A stretch of 64,000 nt of DNA from Picochlorum sp. SENEW3 (taxonomy: Eukaryota). This document shows positions 1 through 14,510 of the stretch, piece by piece. Location of the stretch: the NCBI GenBank assembly GCA_034226945.1, contig CP120454.1:62001-126000 (forward strand). Direction: 5' to 3'. A program made the position numbers and the translations under genes. The notes below the pieces were generated by a model, which saw nothing but the letters and a program-made list of their open reading frames with translations, ran no database searches and was not told the origin of the DNA. How positions within the stretch are numbered: the stretch's first letter is position 1; each line of letters opens with the position of its first letter.

Positions 1-1655
1 TGTGCGGAACTGTGTGTATCCTCTGAGATGGCCAAGTTTCCCACGAGAGACAGTATTTGCTTGCGAACGTCATTTGCCTGCATGATTGCCCTGGGATTGA
101 TTCCAAAGTCTGTGCACCATTTTGAATCCTTGCCTGAATCCAACCACGCCTGGAAACATCGTAGGTAGAATATATGATCTCCTAGTTCATCTGACATTAA
201 CATTTCTATCCCATTCGCGATGCGCTCCGAAGCATCCGTGCCAAGACTTTTCAACAATTGCACTCGCTGTTGCGGACCAGTGTTCTTTGCATATAATGTG
301 CTTTCTTGGCTGATCATGCTGGCCACGGTTACTACTTCATCCAAACAACTCAAGGTTTTCGCTTCGATAACTGACCTCGATAAGAGCGGATCCAGAGGAA
401 GATGGGCCATTTCACGCCCCACATCTGAGATGTTGCCCGCCTTGTCAATTGCACCAATGATATATAACTCACGCAAGGATTCCTCAACAGCTGCAGCGTC
501 TGGCTTGTCTATAAAGTCGAATTCGAAAATATTCATGGTCAGTGGAAGTGATTTCAGGTATAATACTGCTTGCATCATGCTGGTTCTCTTGATTTCGGGC
601 TCTGTAGTGGCCCTCAGATTTTCATAGGTGGCTGATGTATATAAACGATAACACATTCCAGCTTTGGTCCTTCCAGCTCTACCAGCTCTTTGGATCGCTT
701 GAACACGAGAAATGTGAACTGTGACGAGGCTGTCCACTCCAGTTTTTGGATTGTATTGCTTCTGCTTGCAGATTCCAGAGTCAAGTACATAAGCAATCCC
801 ATCCACTGTGACCGAGGTCTCTGCGATATTGGTCGCAATAATACAGCGACGAATCCCATTACCAGATTTGAATGCCCGGGATTGCATTTCTGGGGGAAGC
901 GCTGCATAAAGAGGTATGATGATAAGAGGTGAGCACTCCTGGGAACTCATGGAGGAAATGCAGGTATCGAGCGTCTTGCACACTCTCTCAATCTCTGCCT
1001 GCCCGGGCAAAAATACCAAGATATCCCCATCATATGGCTTTTGATGAATCTGAAGTACAGAGTCCACCACTGCTTGCTCAAAGTCGTCAAAATGATCTTC
1101 CTCGCTATAAACAATTTTAACAGGAAAAGACCGCCCTGGCACATTGATCACAGGGCATCCACCAAAGTAGTTTGAGAATTTCTCCGTCTCCAAGGTTGCT
1201 GAGGTAACGAGTAATCTCAGATTTCTAGTATGGCTCATGAGAGATTTCAACATGCCAAACAAAATGTCAGAGTTCAGGGACCTCTCATGGGCTTCATCCA
1301 GGATGATGCAAGAGTACTTGGACAGAAAAGGGTCTTCGTATAACTCCCTCAGGAGTACCCCATCTGTCATATAACATACCTTTGTTGCATTGGACGTTCT
1401 ATCTTCGAAGCGCACCCTGTATCCGACCAGTGTGCCCACATCACAGTTCAACTCCTGTGCCACCCTCTTTGCAACTTGGACTGCTGCCACTCTTCTCGGC
1501 TGCGTCACGACAATGCTGTCGCTTATCCCATGTTTCAGTATTATTTGTGCTAGCTGAGTCGTTTTGCCGGATCCAGTCTCCCCAACCACGATAGTTGTTC
1601 GATTTGACAGTACAGTTCTAGCGATATCGTCCTCAAACTCCCGAATGGGCAGCAT
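1..1655 (-). CDS. DEAH-box RNA helicase (DHX40/PRP22-like), 3' end runs off the window
   Basis: Not in the ORF track (no stop in the window). Manual translation from ATG 1655 gives MLPIREFEDDIARTVLSNRTTIVVGETGSGKTTQL...VTQPRRVAAVQVAKRVAQE...VGYRVRFED...CIILDEAHE, the classic DEAH motifs I, Ia and II. Confidence 0.92.
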   Translation of the reverse strand, partial: MLPIREFEDDIARTVLSNRTTIVVGETGSGKTTQLAQIILKHGISDSIVVTQPRRVAAVQVAKRVAQELNCDVGTLVGYRVRFEDRTSNATKVCYMTDGVLLRELYEDPFLSKYSCIILDEAHERSLNSDILFGMLKSLMSHTRNLRLLVTSATLETEKFSNYFGGCPVINVPGRSFPVKIVYSEEDHFDDFEQAVVDSVLQIHQKPYDGDILVFLPGQAEIERVCKTLDTCISSMSSQECSPLIIIPLYAALPPEMQSRAFKSGNGIRRCIIATNIAETSVTVDGIAYVLDSGICKQKQYNPKTGVDSLVTVHISRVQAIQRAGRAGRTKAGMCYRLYTSATYENLRATTEPEIKRTSMMQAVLYLKSLPLTMNIFEFDFIDKPDAAAVEESLRELYIIGAIDKAGNISDVGREMAHLPLDPLLSRSVIEAKTLSCLDEVVTVASMISQESTLYAKNTGPQQRVQLLKSLGTDASERIANGIEMLMSDELGDHIFYLRCFQAWLDSGKDSKWCTDFGINPRAIMQANDVRKQILSLVGNLAISEDTHSSA

Positions 1656-1703
1656 TCGGACTTCTCAGGGAATCTGATTATGAACAAAATTACAAGAAAT
1701 AGA

Positions 1704-3585
1704 TTACCCAGTGCGATGCACCGCTGTAGGATCCATAATTGGCCCTGCTTTGTCAATTTGATGGGAGTGGAAAAATAAGAGGGCATATATGAACAGATGC
1801 ATTCCTAAAAGGTATCCAAAGACACCCAGCCTCCACAAGGGAGACTGTCGAATTAAAATGACAGCCTGTAAGGCGATTCTATCCAATAACTTTGCGCTTG
1901 CCTGTACAGCTCCCCCAATGTGGCCTGGGGCATTGGCCAACCTTTCATAACCTGGTCCTAACGCATTCATTGGAACGACATTATCGTAGGAATCCCCACT
2001 GAAGAATTTGTCCACGGCTGCTGATCTACGACGCATGCTGTCAGGTCTTGACGAGACAAGCTGCTTGTCTAGCTGCATTTGAAGTGCATCTTTCTCTGCT
2101 GTCAGGTTTTCAATATGGCTCTGTTTGGAATACAGCATGTTTGTGAGCTCTTTCACTCGTTTCTGCAGGTCGATCATGTCCGATGCTTCTAGTTTGGCAA
2201 TTTTATGCTTGAGATTGATGTTTTCTGATTGAATTCTCGAGACCTCTCCCTCCAAGGTCTTCACCTCATTTCTGGTATTTGCTGCATCCCTGAGTGCAGC
2301 ACTGAGGTCACTCTCGAGCTCCTTCACTCGCTCCTGGCTGACACTCGAGCTAGGATCTTCCGCAGAGTTTGGCTGCAGTGATTTTATTTGCCGGCTCAAA
2401 TTCTCGATTTCTGCTTCAAGCACCGTGCATCTCTCCTGAGACTCTGTCAATTTACTTGAATAATCATCTATTTTTGCCTGGCTTTCCGCCAAGGCATTTG
2501 CAGCTTTTGTGATTGACTCATCCAACTCATGCTCTCTGGTAGCAAAATTTTTCCTTGAAAGTGCGTGCGCCTTTCTCTCATTCTCGAGCAAACTCTCTGC
2601 AGCCTCAACACCCTTTCGGAGGGATGCAATAATGTGAGTCTCACTTGCATTGCGCTCTGCTGTCGCATTTACGCTCTCCTTTTCTTTATCAGACAACTTT
2701 TGCTGCAACTGTTCTATTGTGCTCTGTTTGGAATCGATCGTTTCCTGAGCCTCTTCCATTGCCTTTTGATAACCCTGATATTTGTTCTCCAACTCTTCCT
2801 TTGACTTGTTCAATTGTTTAATCGACATATTCAACTTCCGGATCTCATCGACATTTTCCTTATTATTAATATCCAAAGAAGACACCATTTCTTCCAGCTG
2901 TGCATTCTCATTCTCCAGCCTTTGATTCTTCTTCCGCAGAGCCTCAACCAACTTGGACAACCTCTCCAATTTATCACCTGCAGAGGCTTTCCTCTCCACT
3001 CGAGTAGTACGATCATTAGAGGTCTCTGAAGAAGGCTTGCTAGGCATGTCTGCATCGCCATCGACAGCAGAGCGCGTCCCACCTGAATCTGCGACAGGCA
3101 CCTCAGAGTCAGTGGAGGACTCTCGCGCTTTCTCATCGGCTTCCTTCTCCTTCGCTCGTTGTTTCGCTTGATCCAATTTCTTCTTCTTCTTTAGGTTCTG
3201 AATTTTCGACGATGATGGCTTCTGCGCCCCAGAGGATGACTGCGAGCGTGTCTCTGGAACCACCACTGGTGGGCCAACTGTCTCCTCTTCTGGCATCACT
3301 GAAGCCTCAGCCTGTGTCTCAATCGCAGAGGTAGCATATGACATATCACGTGATTCGTTCTCACCCTCTCCTCGAGACAACGTGCCTGCAACAAGGTGAA
3401 ACAAAATTCAATTTTGGTCCTCCAGAATTGATGCCGAGAATGGCGAATTACCACAGATCCTTGCATATATCGGCATTATATGTACCTTTTTGGCGAAAGA
3501 CAGTCGTTTGTTGCCCAGTGCTCACGGCCTTGGCAGTCTGATCGACTGCTTTGAGCAGGCCTTCTGCTTTTTGTAGCCACTCCAG
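1704..3585 (-). CDS. Golgin-84 (GOLGA5/GC1-like) coiled-coil tail-anchored Golgi tether; intron 3386-3485; apparent CTG start
   Basis: Long coiled coil with a C-terminal TM segment (SPLWRLGVFGYLLGMHLFIYALL). Exon 1 (3486-3585) encodes xEWLQKAEGLLKAVDQTAK, the golgin-84 N-terminal motif, and splices in frame through a GT-AG intron. Confidence 0.85.
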
Positions 3586-3794
3586 TTTGACGTTGTCCTA
3601 TGAGTCTGTAAAAATTTCATAAAATTTTAATCCTGAAAAAATTCGGGCACCAGGTGGCTCATGTTGTGCGCATTCCATCTCTGCAAAAATCGTTATTCTA
3701 GCAAGAGTCCCTCTGGCTAGAGACATGTACGGATACATCCAACGTCAATAACACTATGTGATGTTACATTCTTTCCATGGATTACATTGTTCTT

Positions 3795-5046
<1,252 letters not shown>

Positions 5047-5365
5047 TGTCACGCTTCTTTATAAAACTAGGATGAGAAATTGATACGGATACAATTGGAT
5101 CCCGTTGCTGCTCTCTACACCCACCGATCCGAGCACCTGAGCGCACGGTCTCCAGAGAATGCTTTTTCAAAAAGAAACGTCGAGGAGTGGCACCTTTGAC
5201 AGACCAAAAGTGTCACAATTCTTAAATGTCAAAGATGAATGTGTAATTTCTGTGAATGAGTGTGGTAGTCAATGAGTCAACATTCAATCTTATCCCCCGG
5301 CGGGGAGGATTCGGCTTTTGTCTACGAGTATATTGCCTCCCATCCACTGATCCATTGGATGGGTA

Positions 5366-6882
5366 CTACCACATGAACCGGGCTATTGATCCATCTGGCC
5401 ATGTAAATGCCCTGTGCAGAAAGATGTACATGGTTGCAACATTGATTGCGCAATACGCAAGCACTGTGCTTAGCAACTGTGCCCTGTTGCTACGAAGGAG
5501 AACTGAGTCTTTGTCAAGAATGTACAAGAGCCATGGGATTGTAAAGTACCTGAACTCAACCAAATGGGCTGGTACGAGTACCATGGCAGTGCACACAAGG
5601 AGTGCAGCCTTGCGACACCTGACGTGTACCTCTGATGCACCAGAGAATATGGCTATGGATGCACAGAAGCCATACACAGGGGTAAGCAAGTACCTTGATG
5701 CGCGAGACGCATTGATGAGCTTTCTCCAAACATAGAATGTGTAGTGTCTGTTGTCTGCAAGAATGAAAGGATGGGCCAACGTGCCATGCTCCACGGCCAT
5801 GTACGCCAGCAGAGATAATAGGCAGAAAATAAGCGTGAAATGTCTCCAAGATAGCGATCTGGCTGCCCTTGATAGCCACAGTGGTCCACTTGTCACCACC
5901 AGATAGGAGTAGAAGTAAAAGGGCTGCACCCAATGCGTCACAGGAACATGATTTTCTTTGTCTCCCACTACTATACCTTTGTTGTGCACAACAAATGCTA
6001 TGAAAAGCAAAACAGATAATGTGTGAAGCCACAACAAGCTCATGTACGAGGCGATATTGGATAGTACTGATGTGGTGAAAGATGCCCAAGTTGCCCTGGA
6101 GCCATTAGCAGCATCACGCTCGTGCTCCATGTCCAGGACAGCACAGCCCATCATGTAAACGACCCATACAGCGTTTGTTTGTCTCATGAGAATAGCGCAC
6201 ATGGCCAGCAGACCAGATATTGTGTACTGCCTCTTCATGAGTGCCAGCCATGTTGAAAGCACAAATAATGAAGATGCCGTGTCTGTGTAATACAGAAATA
6301 CAAAGAAAAAATGCACAGGAAGGATGGCACAAACCAGCACCTGAATAATATCACATGTGATATTCAGCAGCTAGGACTGCGTTGCAAACACAGGATTGTA
6401 ACACGCACCATGAGGATGGTATCCATAGTACTGCGACTGTTTCGATGTCCCAACTGGTGCTGCACTATACCATGCACCACGCCCACGCATGCAATACCCA
6501 AGAAGACATTGAGTGATCTCAGATACTCAACTGAACAAGCCGTACCAAAAAACAAGCCGAGGTCAGCTGACACAATGCTCTGCACTGTACCATGAGCAAG
6601 AGCAGACAGCGCGTATAGGCCGGGAAATGTCGTAATTTTTGAGTCCCAAGACCATAGAGCTCCCTTGCAATACTTTTGAGCCTGGGGAATATGAAATATC
6701 TCGTCCTACACAAGCAACAAGATGCTTGTATCTGCTGCCCACTCTTGCCAAAAGTGAATGAATACACATCAAAACCGTACCATATACCCATCATGACCTA
6801 GCTCAGATCTAAAACTATCCATAATGTACCAAAATACCGTACATATCCCGCAATGCGCCGCCACGAGCGATGTTCGAGACAT
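5366..6882 (-). CDS. ALG10: Dol-P-Glc alpha-1,2-glucosyltransferase ALG10/DIE2; 2 introns
   Basis: YM|DEIFHIPQAQKYC...WDSKITTFPGLY across intron 1, plus FLYYTD, RQTNAVW, HPFILADNRHYTFYVW, LVEFRYF and terminal RFMW. Confidence 0.95.
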
Positions 6883-7127
6883 GTTCCTCTTCTTCCAACG
6901 CTGACCAGGCCTCTGGCTCAATACGCTTCTTCCATTGACCCGATCACGCCGCCATTGCTATCTACTATATAGAAAAGTATGTCATCGCACTGCCGATACT
7001 CTTGAACACATGTCCTTGAGCCCCATGATGTCGTTGAATGTTCCTTGTTTGGACAATAATAAGGTAACAATTGTGAATTCTAACAAACCTCCTCACCCAA
7101 GCTTGGGTGCTTGGAAAGTTATGTACA

Positions 7128-8082
7128 ATGAATACAGACAGCGATTTCAAGGAGCAGTTCAGGACTGCGAAAGCAGCTAGGGAGAATTCGAAACAGCAGG
7201 TATGCCAGTCTCGCTCATGTTTCACCACGAAACCCAATGCTTCTGAATTCAATTTATTTCATTCAGACTACATCGAGTCAGTATGCTCGAGGCGACAGCA
7301 TGCCTCCTCCTCCACCCAGACGGACCCGTCACACGTCGACCATGCACTCAGACTCACAAATGACACAGCTACAACCGATCGGAGGATCAGGGGAGACGCA
7401 ATCTGTGAACGGTGGAACAGGAAGTGACCTGTCGCAGTTGCGACGTGGGGTAGACTTGACGAGCGAGGCAGCAAAATCTCTTCAGGACTCGTGTGTCCCT
7501 GCAGGATTCTTTGAAGAGACACGCACAGCATCAAAGAGGCAGAAAAGGTCTGATGTAGAATATAGCGCATTCATGCAAGAAATGTCAGCATTGGGGGCAG
7601 TGAAAGAGAACAAAGATAACACCGTGGTAGAGGTGTCAGTTCCACGCAATGATGCCAGGGCACGATCTGGAGGGGAGAGTGCACGCCCCGAGCATGATAT
7701 CGATCATGCCGGAGAACAGAGCGTCGGCGGGCATGTATCTGACGGTGAAGCTGTTCAACAACACGAAGAAGAAGAAGTTGAATCCGATACAGAGGAAGAG
7801 TTCCACCAGTTTGTGAGAAGAGAACGAATGCAAGAACTAAAAAGGGCAGTGCAACGCAGAGACAAGGCTGCACTGCAAGATCAACAGTCTGTTGCGGCAC
7901 ATATCAGTGAGATAACATCGGAGGAAGGATCCAACATCAGATTCCCCCTCCAAAACTCGCTTGCGACACAAAGCCAAAAGTCTGCTGCCGAGTCGTATGT
8001 TTACAGCGCTGAAGAATCACCCTCCAGCAGCGACGAGCTCGAAGACGACGATTTTGACTGGAAGAGTAAAAAACTAACATAA
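7128..8082 (+). CDS. ZNF830/CCDC16-like nuclear protein; intron 7200-7266
   Basis: VPAGFFE motif, EYSAFMQEM, acidic tail ending DDDFDWKSKKL; exon 1 joins in phase 0. No zinc finger is visible. Confidence 0.6.
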
Positions 8083-8110
8083 CACGTGTCTAAATATTTC
8101 CCTATTTAAT

Positions 8111-8447
8111 TCAATTCTTCTCCTTGGCAGCAGTCATCAGAGAGATGTTGTCTCCCTTCAACAAAATTCTTCCCAATGCTTTGCGCGTCTGCCTCTTCAT
8201 CGACACTTCCTCCGCATCATCCATGACCAAATTCATATATTCATCAAATCCAATAAGCCTTCCTTCAATTCGGACGTCCGTATGATCGTACAGCCACACC
8301 TGAATCCTTTGCTGACTCTGTAAAAACCTAAAAATCAGGTTCTGCATACACAAGATTGCACATAGATTGCATTAACTTTATCAATCAGGCATTAAGACAT
8401 CAACATACAATGGGCTGCGTCATAATACGCTTCACTCGCGGCGCCAT
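8111..8447 (-). CDS. SNRPE: Small nuclear ribonucleoprotein SmE; intron 8342-8408
   Basis: [21 protein letters not shown]...[21 protein letters not shown]...[11 protein letters not shown]. Confidence 0.97.
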
Positions 8448-8700
8448 GGTGTCCTCCTCCCCTGAATTGGTACACGAGACTAGGCAGACGAATCGATTCC
8501 TTTACAGACAATATGTGTCATGCAGTATTTTAATGTTCATAATACCTACTATATCAACAGACGCTTGCAATCAAGAGACTGTTGGAAAAACAAGTTTCTT
8601 ATATAAAAATTGCAAACCTTCCCCTTTTTCTACCAATATTGGTGCATTCATGCCTTGACACAAGGTCATATCGTGAACAATTTCCTTTCTTCTCGACGAT

Positions 8701-9276
8701 ATGGCATCGGACAGAGGTGGGGATGGTCCTGTCCAGGTGGCTGCAGGTCGAGACGACCTCGAACGTCAGGCACCACTCCACACAGAACGAGATGGACTGC
8801 TGATTGCATGCAGGGTTTTGAACATTGTCACGGTGGCGTCTCTGGTTCTGTGTGCATTGGGTTTGGCTGTCACAATGGTGTCGTCTGCGTATGGCTGGTC
8901 TGGCAGTTCCTCGTCTATGCTGGGATACTTGAGTTTTCAGATTGTTCGCTTATACGGCATCGTGCTGTGCTTGGCTTGCATTCTAATAGAAACAGAGATA
9001 TCCATTGTGTTGGCACGGATGCCTCTGATGAAGATATGGGTGTGCAGGGGATTTTTCTATGCATTTTTGGCATCTCTGACATACATGACCAGTTTAGATG
9101 AGGAGGCATGGTCTGTGGTCATTTCTATCGCAGTCGTGAGTTGTTTGTCATGTGCTCTAGTGTACATCATGGGAGGTGTGCTGTGCGTTGGGTTTATATC
9201 GCAGAGGCGTCGGAATCATGAGCAGCAAGTGAGGGAGGCAGAGAGATTGCTGGGGGTATCACCATCTCGCTCGTGA
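8701..9276 (+). CDS. COPI-associated (Tvp15-like) multi-pass membrane protein
   Basis: Four hydrophobic segments with RLYGIVLC...ILIETE and WVCRGFFYAF motifs. Confidence 0.65.
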   Translation: MASDRGGDGPVQVAAGRDDLERQAPLHTERDGLLIACRVLNIVTVASLVLCALGLAVTMVSSAYGWSGSSSSMLGYLSFQIVRLYGIVLCLACILIETEISIVLARMPLMKIWVCRGFFYAFLASLTYMTSLDEEAWSVVISIAVVSCLSCALVYIMGGVLCVGFISQRRRNHEQQVREAERLLGVSPSRS

Positions 9277-9494
9277 CAGATCAGCGATTTGTTGTTGAAT
9301 GTATTGAATACTGTAGTAAATAATGTTAATGCTAAGTATAGTATGCTACTAAAAGCCTGCACACGGCTTGCGACAGAAGATGTCTTGTGTTTGAAACGTG
9401 CTCCTACGGCACGGCAGTATCTCGATTGCATTTGATCCGAAGGATTTCTTCCATCCGTGGAAGATTTTAATTTATTTTTATCATTGATTGCCAT

Positions 9495-10988
9495 ATGTGT
9501 ATGCGCGCATTGTCTCGTATTGGTCCCTGTGGTTTGCAAGCTTGGTGTTGGGTGGTTGGCGCTGGCAGTGCGCCTTTGGTGGTTGGTAGGCGATGGAGTC
9601 ATACACACGATGACGGTTACAGCGAGAAGAAGTTTGTCGATCATGTGATAGTGCAAGCAAGGGCAGGGAATGGAGGGCAAGGGTGTGCTAGTGTCCAAAA
9701 GGGTCGTTCCAGGTGTACGTTGGCAGTGTACAAGAGGTTTCATGTCTGATGTTTTACAACAGAATGTTTGATGCAGCGATGAAATTTCAGCCTGACGGCG
9801 GTAATGGCGGTGATGGTGGCGATGTGGTGCTGCGGGCGAGCAGAGAGTGCGTGTGTGTGTGTGTGTGTCTCTATCTCTGGTTTTCTGTAGCCATACCTAT
9901 GTGCTGATTGCAGGGTTAAGAGCTTGGCTGGTCTGCCGCAGCTTCTTGTATCGTCTCACGGTGGCAATGGTTCATCGAAAAAGCAGCATGGGAGGAGGGG
10001 ATCTGATGGATTGTACTTGGTGCCTTTAGGGACACGAGTGAGGGCATTCCAGGAGCGAAGTCGTTTTCATAAAAAGCATAGCATCGAGGCCCCTCCTTCA
10101 ATGGCTCCTGAGGATGTAAACGATATGGGTATGGATATCGGCGCTGCCACTACGATGGCATTTGATTTGTCCGACAACTGGGAGGAGGAAGAAGAAGAAG
10201 ATGCAAAGGAAACGGTTGAATTTGAATACATGCAAGATTTATTGGAGCATGGAGACGAAATTGTAGTGGCAAAAGGGGGTCATGGAGGTAAAGGAAACTG
10301 TGGATATGTGTCGAAAAGACACAGAATGACACAGCAACAAGCAGCAGCAAGTACTTTTGGGGAATCTGTCAGATTGGAATTGGAGATGAAACTGATCTCT
10401 GATTTTTCATTGGTGGGCTTTCCCAACGTGGGAAAGAGCAGCCTTCTTAGGTCAATATCTGCTGCTGTACCCAAAGTTGGGGCGTATGCATTTACAACAA
10501 CCACCCCGCAGCTCGGGAGTGTCAAGGTTGGTTGGAACTCTTTTCTGGTTTCTGATGTTCCTGGGCTGGTGCAAGGTGCCCACGCAAATCGAGGTGTTGG
10601 ACACAGGTTTTTGAGGCATGTTGAGCGCACAAATATCGTGGTGTACGTGTTGGATGCCAGTGGATCGTTTGCGCTCGAGAAGGACAAGGCTTTGGATGTC
10701 AAATTGAAGCCTGCTGAGCAATTTTTGAAATTACGAGAGGAATTGGGGGCCTATTCCAGTGAGCTCTTAGGAAAAAAGCATATGATAGTGTTGAACAAAA
10801 TAGATCTTGTTCGAAATAAGAAGAAATGTGTAGACGAGTTTACGTCGTGGTTTGCGGAGCATGTATCGGCACCCAGCGGGTCCAGACTCCCGCCAGTGCT
10901 CGCAGTCAGTGCCACAGGCAAGACAAATGCTGCATTACGCGATATCGATAATCTGATGAACGAAATGAAACTACTGTTATATTCGTAA
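9495..10988 (+). CDS. Obg/CgtA family GTPase, probably mitochondrial; introns about 9715-9776 and 9847-9913
   Basis: FVDHVIVQARAGNGGQG and PDGGNGGDGGDV (Obg fold), GFPNVGKS (G1), YAFTT, DVPG, NKID. Confidence 0.93.
9850..9867 (+). repeat. (GT)n microsatellite in Obg intron 2
   Basis: gtgtgtgtgtgtgtgt visible directly. Confidence 0.9.
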
Positions 10989-11031
10989 CATTAATGTAAT
11001 CAAAGTGTACAAAAGGGAGCCTCTTCCTAAA

Positions 11032-14000
11032 CTAGGACAATGCTTTGTAGTAAATTTCAATGTAATCTTTGGCAGGATTTGTCCAGCTCCAGTCCATTAG
11101 CATGACTCTCTGGGACAGTTTGTTCCAAGCCTCTTTGTCCGAAAAGTAAAGGCTCAAGCCTCTATTCAAAGCGTAATCAAGTCCACCAGAGTCGGCACCA
11201 TCGAATGAGAAGCCATTTGTTTCCATTCCAGCAGCATTGGCTTTCTCAATATCATCATCAATATCAAAAACTGTATCGGCAAGACCACCAGTCCTTCTAA
11301 CAACTGGGATCGTGCCATATCTCATCGCTATCATTTGTGTCAATCCACATGGCTCAAACATGGATGGGACGAGGAACATGTCTGACCCAGCAAAAATCAG
11401 ATGGCTGAGGGGCTCATCATATGCAAACCAGAATCGTGCCCTGTCAGGATACTGCCGCTTGAGATCTTCAGCTAATGCATCAAAATCAGCCTGGACGGCT
11501 GGATCAGGAGCAGATCCCAGAAGCACAAATTGCGCACCACGCTCCATTGCTCTCCATGCAGCATGCTTGATCAAGTGAATGCCTTTTTGGTGGGTAAGCC
11601 TTGTCACACAGGCAACTATTGGCACATCTCCATCAGCCAAATTCATCCTTTCCCGGAGAGCTTGCTTTGCAGCAGCTTTTCCTTCCAAAACATTTTCGTG
11701 AGTGTAACTCAATGGCAATGCGGAATCCGCACTGGGGTCCCAAATATCTACATCAATCCCATTTCTGATGCCATAAAACTTGTGATGATGCGGTGCAATG
11801 GCAACATGACCTCCAATTTCAACAGCATACGTTGGTGAGACTGTTGTTGAGGCTTCGGATGTCTCCACGGCCCGACCAATCAAATCTGCTCCAAAGTCCA
11901 TATTGTGGATGGTGAAGGCACAAGGAACCCCTTGGCGATCCATAAATGCTACTGGAGCAGACTGCCAATCATGGCAATGGATCAAGGAAGGCCTCTTCTG
12001 AGATTCCGAGAGCAGATAATGGAGAGCGCACGAGCATAAAACTCCGAAGCGATGATAATCGGAATAAATATCTGTGTAAATTGTTCCGACCCAAACAAGA
12101 CCATTGCATGGCTCTAGGAATGTTGTTGGCAAGTCCTCCACGATCCCTTTCCATACTTTCACCTGCACCCCCTCCCACATGAACTCACGATCGAGTACAA
12201 GATTCTCTACTTGACTGTAGTCAATACAGTCGTATTTCGGAATGACAACTTCAACTTGGTGTCCTTCTTCTTGAACAGCCCTTCCCAGTGCTGTGACGAC
12301 ATCGCCCAGTCCACCAGCTTTTGCAATAGGGGCCATTTCAGAAGCTACATGTGCAACAAATAACGGAGGCTCATCCATATTAGATCCTGACACGTTAATA
12401 TGGTATCCTAGGCCATTATTCGTGTCATGGAAACCGCCATGCAAATCACCAGAGTCTGCAAATGACAAGTCAAGTGTGTGTGCATCTGCAGGGATATCAA
12501 TAGTGGCCTGCAAGAATCCCAGGCCCCCCGCTTCTGGAACGGCAGGCTCCATGAGCTGTGCTTCTATCTTTTCAGGGTGCTTGAAGCGATTGAACCCTCC
12601 TGAGATGAACACATCTGGACGGCCTCGTAACACTGTCCTATCAGGGTTGTAATATATTGTGGCTTTCTGTCCTGCTTGGGGAACCACAGGGACTGTAAAT
12701 AAAAACTTTCGCTGTAACTCTCTCCGTGTCCTTGAGGCACGCGCCTTCATCGATGCTCGCTGAAGTACTCTCTTTTCTGCCAATGCTTCCCCATTGATGG
12801 CATCACTGGTATCAGAAACTTCAAGTGCTTCAAACACCAGTTGCACCAGCGCCTCACCTGTATGATTCCAGAAAAAGATATCAATTTAACGTATATCAAT
12901 CATCATTGTGTGCATTAATTATACGTACTCGGCGTCGAATTGGCTACTTTGGAATGATAATCTGACCCCCCTGCATTGTCCCAGTTTTGTCTGTTCCCAT
13001 CACAAAATGCAAAATCTAGCGTTGCTGCAGTATTCCAGACAGATACGTTTGCTTTCCACCATTCACCATCCTCTAGATCTTTTGGAAGATCAGCCTTGGA
13101 GGCTGGGACCATGTCTATGGCTTCTGTGTCTTGCATCCACCACGAGTCATAGCCAACCATGACAGAGACAGATGTAGAGGACTTCAGAGCTCCAGAGGAT
13201 TTATTGTATAAAAGAGTAGCTGTTGTCCCTGCAGAGGGTTGAGAAAGCCATTTAAAGACTTTTTGTGGACTTTCTTCAGTACTCGACCCACGCCTTTCCT
13301 CCACAACATCTCTTGCTTCCTGCAAGATCTCCTTCTTGCGCTTTGCAGCAAATGCTAATTTTGCTTCCTTTGCAGCCCCCGTGGCAGCTTTCATTGCAGA
13401 TTCGTATATTTTTTCTTCTTCATTCGCAAACTGTTCCATCATTTTCGACTCAAAGGCATCCAGCAATTTGACACATTGAGCAGTCACTTCCTCGGCAGAG
13501 GGTGCTCTGTCCAAATCAAGGCAAAAATCCTGTCCATTGTTGTTATCAACAGCACCGCTATTCTTATCTTCTATGACAAAATCTACTCGAAATAGTAAGG
13601 AAGGCAACTCAACCTTCACACTATACCAATCTGCATGGCCTTGGACTGGATGCATCTCAAACTTTTCTATCCTTTCCCATCTATTGTATCCAATCTTCAA
13701 CACTGGAATAGCATCATGGGACGGCAAAGGACCTTTGGCTAAATTATACAGTATCTCCACTCCAGACCCCACCTCTATTGGAGTATCGGGCAGGTATGCA
13801 ATAGAGTCTTCTGCCGATGCAATTGCGTCATCCAGCAACTTTACAGAAGCCGACTTTTTCTTCTTTGGCACTGTTGGAGGACTTGACTCACTGGTCGTAC
13901 GGGTCAAATTTGGCAACTGTTTCAATTTCTCCTCAGCCTCTTCTCGATCCCTCGCCAGCTGAAGCAATAATGCCTGCAATTCACTGTTCTCCTTCTTCAA

Positions 14001-14510
14001 CTGCTCCAATTCAGCCAGGCTTGCTGTTGCCCCACCCTTTCTCGCCATTCGAGCCGCGGCATCCGCACTTCCTGCTTCTTTTGCAAAATTAGCAACCTCA
14101 TTCTCCACAGACTGCTTCAAATGCTTGCCCGTCTCGTCATCAACAATTTCTTTGGACAGTAGTTCCGCTGCAGCTGCTGCAGCTGCCTTCTCCTCGCTCA
14201 ATTTCCTTGCAAGACTCCTTGCAGCACTGATCTTTGCAGCCGCACTGATTTTCATCTTTGTTTCAGCATCATCCTCTTGCATGGAAGAATCGCTCTGAGA
14301 TGCTTTCACCCTCTTTTTCCTGCCCCTCTTTGGCTTGGTATCACTGGGTGCAGAATCTCTGCTCCCAGCAGACTGCCTCCTTGCCTGAGCCAAAACCACC
14401 ATCAAACTCGTCCGAGAAGGCCTCTGCATACACCCTCTATTGCACTTGATCCTGCATCTATCAGCCAGACGGAACGGCCGTGCCTCGCCTACGAGACGCG
14501 AACCAAACAT
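11032..14510 (-). CDS. SSIII: Soluble starch synthase III (3 x CBM53 plus GT5); intron 12858-12928
   Basis: Two ORFs joined by GTACGT...CAG in phase 1; three CBM53-like modules (DNNNGQDF, WDNAGGSDY, DTNNGLGY); EMAPIAKAGGLGDV, HCHDW, PSMFEPCGLTQ. Confidence 0.95.
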
